Of a DNA stretch of 64,000 nt, positions 58,568 through 64,000 are shown piece by piece. A program made the position numbers and the translations under genes. The stretch's first letter is position 1, and each line of letters begins with the position of its first letter. Origin of the DNA: Eledone cirrhosa (lineage: Eukaryota); NCBI GenBank assembly GCA_964016885.1, contig OZ024748.1, forward strand, positions 6,510,001-6,574,000, read 5' to 3'. The notes under the pieces were generated by a model, which ran no database searches, was not told the DNA's origin, and saw only the letters and a program-made list of their open reading frames with translations.

Positions 58568-58822
58568 TGTATATATAAAATATATACACGATGAAAAGAA
58601 CCAGGATCCAGACGGCTGAGCTCCGGCCATTTCCACAGTTGGATCTGAATTTTCCACATTACCCACGTGACTACCCCAAGTATTGAGTACGCTAGTGTTA
58701 GTGTGTTCTCGTATAGCTGGTTATTACCACACCCTATCTGATATATATATATATACACACACACACTCACACACACACACACACGTATATATATATATAT
58801 ATATATATAAATATATACATAT

Positions 58823-58854
<32 letters not shown>

Positions 58855-58921
58855 CGATATTATATAACTGTAAAAACTTGTCGAGTGCTTTATATCAGTT
58901 ATCCCCAAAAAAAACTTTTGC

Positions 58922-58953
<32 letters not shown>

Positions 58954-58954
58954 T

Positions 58955-59068
<114 letters not shown>

Positions 59069-59214
59069 AGTGTGTGTGTGTGTGATATTACGCCCCCTTT
59101 TTTCTTTTTTCTATTTTATTTTCACTTCATAAACCTTGATTGTAAATAACATTATTCTTTCTGCACCATTTCTTTAACATGTGCAACACCACCATTCTAC
59201 ACCAATACATATCA

Positions 59215-59256
59215 CTATCATTTGATAATGCATAAAAATGCTGAAACCGGTAATAG
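59215..59256 (+). ncRNA. Degenerate hammerhead motif
   Basis: TTGATAA-T-GCAT-aaaa-ATGC-T-GAAA-CCGG-TA-ATAG. Confidence 0.4.
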
Positions 59257-59495
59257 ACAATTATTAAATATATAAATAAATAGATAAATGCCATTGTTAA
59301 ATAATAACTAAATCAACTAATACCTTAACACTTCACACAAAGTAAAATATTTCGTATTTAAAATTTCCTAACCCAGAAAATGTATATGTATATGTATATA
59401 TATATATATAGATCACTGCCAAATCAACTTTCTCAAATACAAGTCGATGTTGAACGGTATGTCAAATCTATTTATCTATAAAACTGTCTATATTG

Positions 59496-59561
59496 TATTT
59501 TGTCTGAGGAAGGCATAACATATTGTTAATATGATATCCCTGAAATATATATAATGAAATA
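59496..59561 (+). ncRNA. Type-I hammerhead motif family H3, intact core
   Basis: TATTTTGT-CTGAGGA-AGGcATAaCATATT-gtt-AATATGaTATcCCT-GAAA-TATATA-TA-ATGAAATA. The 3' flank to 59604 matches 54480-54522. Confidence 0.8.
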
Positions 59562-59608
59562 AATATGGTTTTATAAATATAGTTTCCATTTATTTAATAT
59601 CGTATATA

Positions 59609-59642
<34 letters not shown>

Positions 59643-59687
59643 TAGTTTAAAGAACTCTCTCTTCCATTGGTCCCAGTAGAACACTAG

Positions 59688-59970
59688 CCTTCTTCTTCTT
59701 CTTCTTCTTCTTCTTCTTCTTCTTCTTCTTCTTCTTCTTCTTCTTCCAGTGAGGGTCCTGAGGGCAGAATCATCACACTTTCCTTCCAGTGGGTCCTGTC
59801 AGAAGCAACCGTCTCCAACTGATAAGGCTGGATACGCAAGCGTGACCAGCTAAGATCATGGATATTATCCAACCTTCTTGCTCTACCCCTGGGTCTCCTG
59901 CCAGTTGGTTTTTACCCCTAAAATCTGTCCAACGATTCTTTTCTTGAGACATTCTAAGCCCATGCCTTTA
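59688..59970 (-). mobile_element. RTE-clade LINE 3' end with (GAA)n tail
   Basis: KPTGRRPRGRARRLDNIHDLSWSRLRIQPYQLETVASDRTHW...LPSGP followed by (GAA)n. Confidence 0.75.
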
Positions 59971-59974
59971 GTGA

Positions 59975-60117
59975 AGGCGCATGGCTTAGTAGTTAGAGCA
60001 TGGGGCTTGCAATCGAAAGGTTGTGAGTTCAATTCACGGACCGGTTGATGTGTTGTTTCCTTGAGGAAGAAATTTTATTTCACGTTGCTCCAGTGTACTC
60101 AGCTGTAGAAATGAGGT
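59975..60117 (+). mobile_element. tRNA-derived CORE-type SINE, 5' part
   Basis: TGGCTTAGTAGTTAG A box, GAGTTCAATTC B box, ttgctccagtgtactcagctgtagaaatgag. Confidence 0.75.
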
Positions 60118-60533
60118 GATAGGACTGGGAGGAGGCCAGCTAAACCTGCATAAGTGTGAGTTGTAACAACAACAACAACAACATGCCTACACTTTCGGAG
60201 CTGTGATTTCTCAACTCAGAGATGTATTTCAATTGTTTTCAACTCAAATTCAATGCGATGTAGAGAGAGAACGCCTTATTACAAATGACAAGATAGACCA
60301 ATCACGCCCCCTTGTGACTTAAAACGATTAAACATCTCTACCGATGGGTAATTTGCATGAGGTATATCTTGCCAGATCGGAACAATATAAAAGTCTCCCT
60401 TGTGTCTGCTGGTGTGTTCAGTCCAGGAAGGTTTAAACGAAAACCTATGGCAACATTCCAACTAATTTCTTAGAGATTACTTTAATCAAACAAACCATTC
60501 ATGTATGCTATATATATACACACACACACATAT

Positions 60534-60620
<87 letters not shown>

Positions 60621-60804
60621 ATATGTTTATATTATAGTATTGTCCCTACTAACGATAGACATTATATCCGCAAATTAGGTTTGCTCCATCAATGTGGAAT
60701 GTCAAAAATATGCCATTAGATACAGAGACGGATTACATCCCCCCCCACCCACCCTCACACACAGACACACAGACACACACATACATACATACACATCTAA
60801 ATAT

Positions 60805-61012
60805 ATATAGAAACGGTTTAAAGCACAAGTCCAACAATTTTAGGGAGAGAGGAAAGTCGATTAAATCAACCTCAATGCATTACTGGTACTTTTTTTTATC
60901 GATCCCGTCAGAATGAAATACAAAGTTAACCTCGACGGGATTTGAACTCAGAGGTAACTATGACATACAGTATGGTGTCCGGTGCTCCACCGACTGTACT
61001 GCTAATCCACCA
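60805..61012 (-). mobile_element. SINE family A (longer variant), degenerate
   Basis: tggtactt...atcgatccc...gaatgaaa.acaaagttaacctcgacgggatttgaactcaga. Confidence 0.75.
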
Positions 61013-61230
61013 ATAATAGCTATTACTTATTTAACAAGAGCGGTGACGGTGTAGAAGGCAAATATGGCACAGTCGCCATGACAGTTACAGAAATGGACAA
61101 TCTGCAGTTTTGTATAGAAATCAAACAAACGAAAGTGTTCTATGGTAAATAGCAATGAGAGTATAATATATGATAGGAGCAGAAACATACACGAGAGAGA
61201 GAGTGTGGAGTGATTATATATATATATATG

Positions 61231-61314
<84 letters not shown>

Positions 61315-61916
61315 TATATATATACATATATTTATATATATACATATATATATGTATATAAAAATATATATTAAAGTATGTATGTATATACATTAATCTG
61401 TTATTTTTATAAATATATATATATATATACACGAAGACAGATAGATAGACAGAAAAAGGAGAGATAGAGAGAGAGATAGACGGCGAGAGAGATAGACGGC
61501 AAGATAGACAGACAGACATACAGAGACAGAAATAGACGGCGAGAGAGAGAGAGAGAGGGGGGGGGGAAGAGTGAAGGAATGTGACTAGATGAAAAATGGC
61601 GTTAACTTAGTAGAGTTATGAAGAAATGTCCCCCTCGAAAGCTTACAAATGAAGTATTCCCGAGAATTTACGACAATACAACCACACAGACGATATATAG
61701 TAGGACGACATTGTAGAAGATTGTAAATATATAACTTCCGGATTACAAACACCAAAACATAGCATTGGATGAAGGTTACATTTGTTTTGGTGGCAATTAA
61801 TGGCTTGGGAAATTGATAACGATACTAGAGAGGAGGACGTGAAAATATAGACATCCATTATATATAAATATATATATATATATATAGATAAATCTACCAA
61901 GAGATATATATATATA

Positions 61917-62027
<111 letters not shown>

Positions 62028-62161
62028 CACGTGTGTATGTACACACATATATACACACATATATGTATGTATATATATATACACACATATATACATACTT
62101 ACATCTATATATAAGATACATATGTACATATATGCATATATGTATATCTCGTTAATATACG

Positions 62162-62194
<33 letters not shown>

Positions 62195-63559
62195 ATGTGT
62201 GTGCATGTGTGTATGTATGTGTACACATACACACACATATATATATATATACACATGCAAAGCAATTTGTCAGGCTAAAATTAAACTGAAAAACGTATTG
62301 AATTGAAAACATATTTTTACAAAGTTGCTAACTTAGAGATTTCGACATGAAGTAAAGGACGATAGGGTCTGATCTTTCTAATAACAATTTCATTCTATTA
62401 TCTTGAGAAATATTATTCTTTTCATAAAATCCAAACTATATTGTGGCCCTAACTTGATGCTGATTTTTATTTCTGCAGAACAACGAGAAATAGTAGAAAG
62501 TTGACATTGATTCACATAGAAACCATTATTAATTAAACAACTTGTTATACTCCATCAGTAACACTGAATCACCGAGGAAGACAATGTCAGTTACGAATTG
62601 ACCTATAAGAACTAGTAGTCAAATCTCAGTCAATTCCGTAAGTTTATCTTACAGTATAATTTATTTCGATTTAATATTTATCAAGTATTCAAATTCTTAA
62701 ATTGCTCGCAATTTTGAATGACAACACATGGTTCTTTAGTTCACGGCATTAATATATTACTTTTTTTTGCAGGTATTATAGCTGACAGACGTCTCTCTCG
62801 CTTGGATTACAATCCACATTGTTTAGAAGAAAGGAAATCAGATAGACAATATCGTCTTTCTTCAAACTTCTAAGTTGTCGCTGTTTCTGTTTCTTCATTT
62901 CCAGGTAAATCTTGACCGAAATAACCTCTGATTTAAGATATCCCCGTCACAAATATTTCAACTTTTATTACAATACATTCTGTTTCTTGTTTAAGAAGGT
63001 AAGGCCTGATTTTAGGGAGAAATGTGAGATTTGACTGTTATTTCTAACTGGTCAAGTTATTAACCATTAGCTTCATCGTTGGCACAGACTCGACGCTTAT
63101 TAGCGAAATATTGACTGCGAGGTTCTAAATCAGTTCGATAGGACAGTTATGACATCAGAAACAAAAGCCAAAAAAATGGCAGACATCTTGGTTCTTGTTG
63201 TAGTTGATTGTAGAGAAACAACAGAGTGAGTAAATCTATTGATAAGATCATCTGCTAGCCTGTATGACGCCTCATCGACTAATTTTACACTTGTAATAGA
63301 CTAAAGCTACTTTAAACAACATTATGGTTATTAGATTACCCCTCAGGCCTTTTTCAATCGCTCCAAAACTTACAAAAGATTGCATTGATCCGCACAAGCA
63401 TATTAGTTCGTTTTACTCGCCGCTACTTAATGCTGTTTTCGGCCATGATGGACGATACGATAATGTCGTAAACAGAAGGAGAAGAAAGACAGAATGAAAA
63501 ACAAGACACACAACAATACAACAACAAAAGGTAAAGAAAAGCAACGAAAACATATATAA

Positions 63560-63712
<153 letters not shown>

Positions 63713-63965
63713 GAGAAGGAGAGAGAGATATACAACATACAAAAAAAGACAATATGTAAATGCAACGACCTGGATATTTCAATTCAAGATTGAGGGGAAG
63801 ATAGTCTTTCTTTGATTAACATGAGTAGATGAAGATTTCCCTTTCCGTAGAGGATTCTGCGTTTAGATACAGATAACAGGATATATATGCATACATACAT
63901 ACATACATATATATATATATTTATATATATATATATATACATATATATATGTATATCTATAAATA

Positions 63966-64000
<35 letters not shown>

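Noticed and set aside
60279-60461. Short unique ORFs at 60279-60461 and 61643-61900 as host exons or transposase relics
   Set aside because: No recognisable motif or consistent splice signals.

Overview
Eukaryotic, AT-rich, non-coding DNA saturated with microsatellites ((TA)n, (CA)n, (GA)n, (TATG)n, trinucleotides). It is probably intronic or intergenic DNA of an octopod cephalopod, inferred only from resemblance of its SINEs to remembered octopus repeats. There is one 200-N gap (25761-25960). No intact protein-coding gene is supportable, and almost all listed ORFs are translated simple repeats. Recognisable content: about a dozen copies of one tRNA-derived SINE, CORE-type SINEs, relics of RTE, R4-like, CRE-like and CR1/L2-like LINEs, a pogo/Tigger-like MITE, and several minisatellites. 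The main unannotated signal is a dense population of short elements sitting in or beside (TA)n tracts. They carry minimal type-I hammerhead ribozyme motifs (CUGANGA...GAAA...UH with pairing stems). About 15 motifs from at least five sequence families are visible, seven with fully intact cores, and several are associated with fold-back inverted duplications. This looks like a non-autonomous Penelope-like or retrozyme-type system. All folding and alignment was done by eye; activity and novelty are untested.
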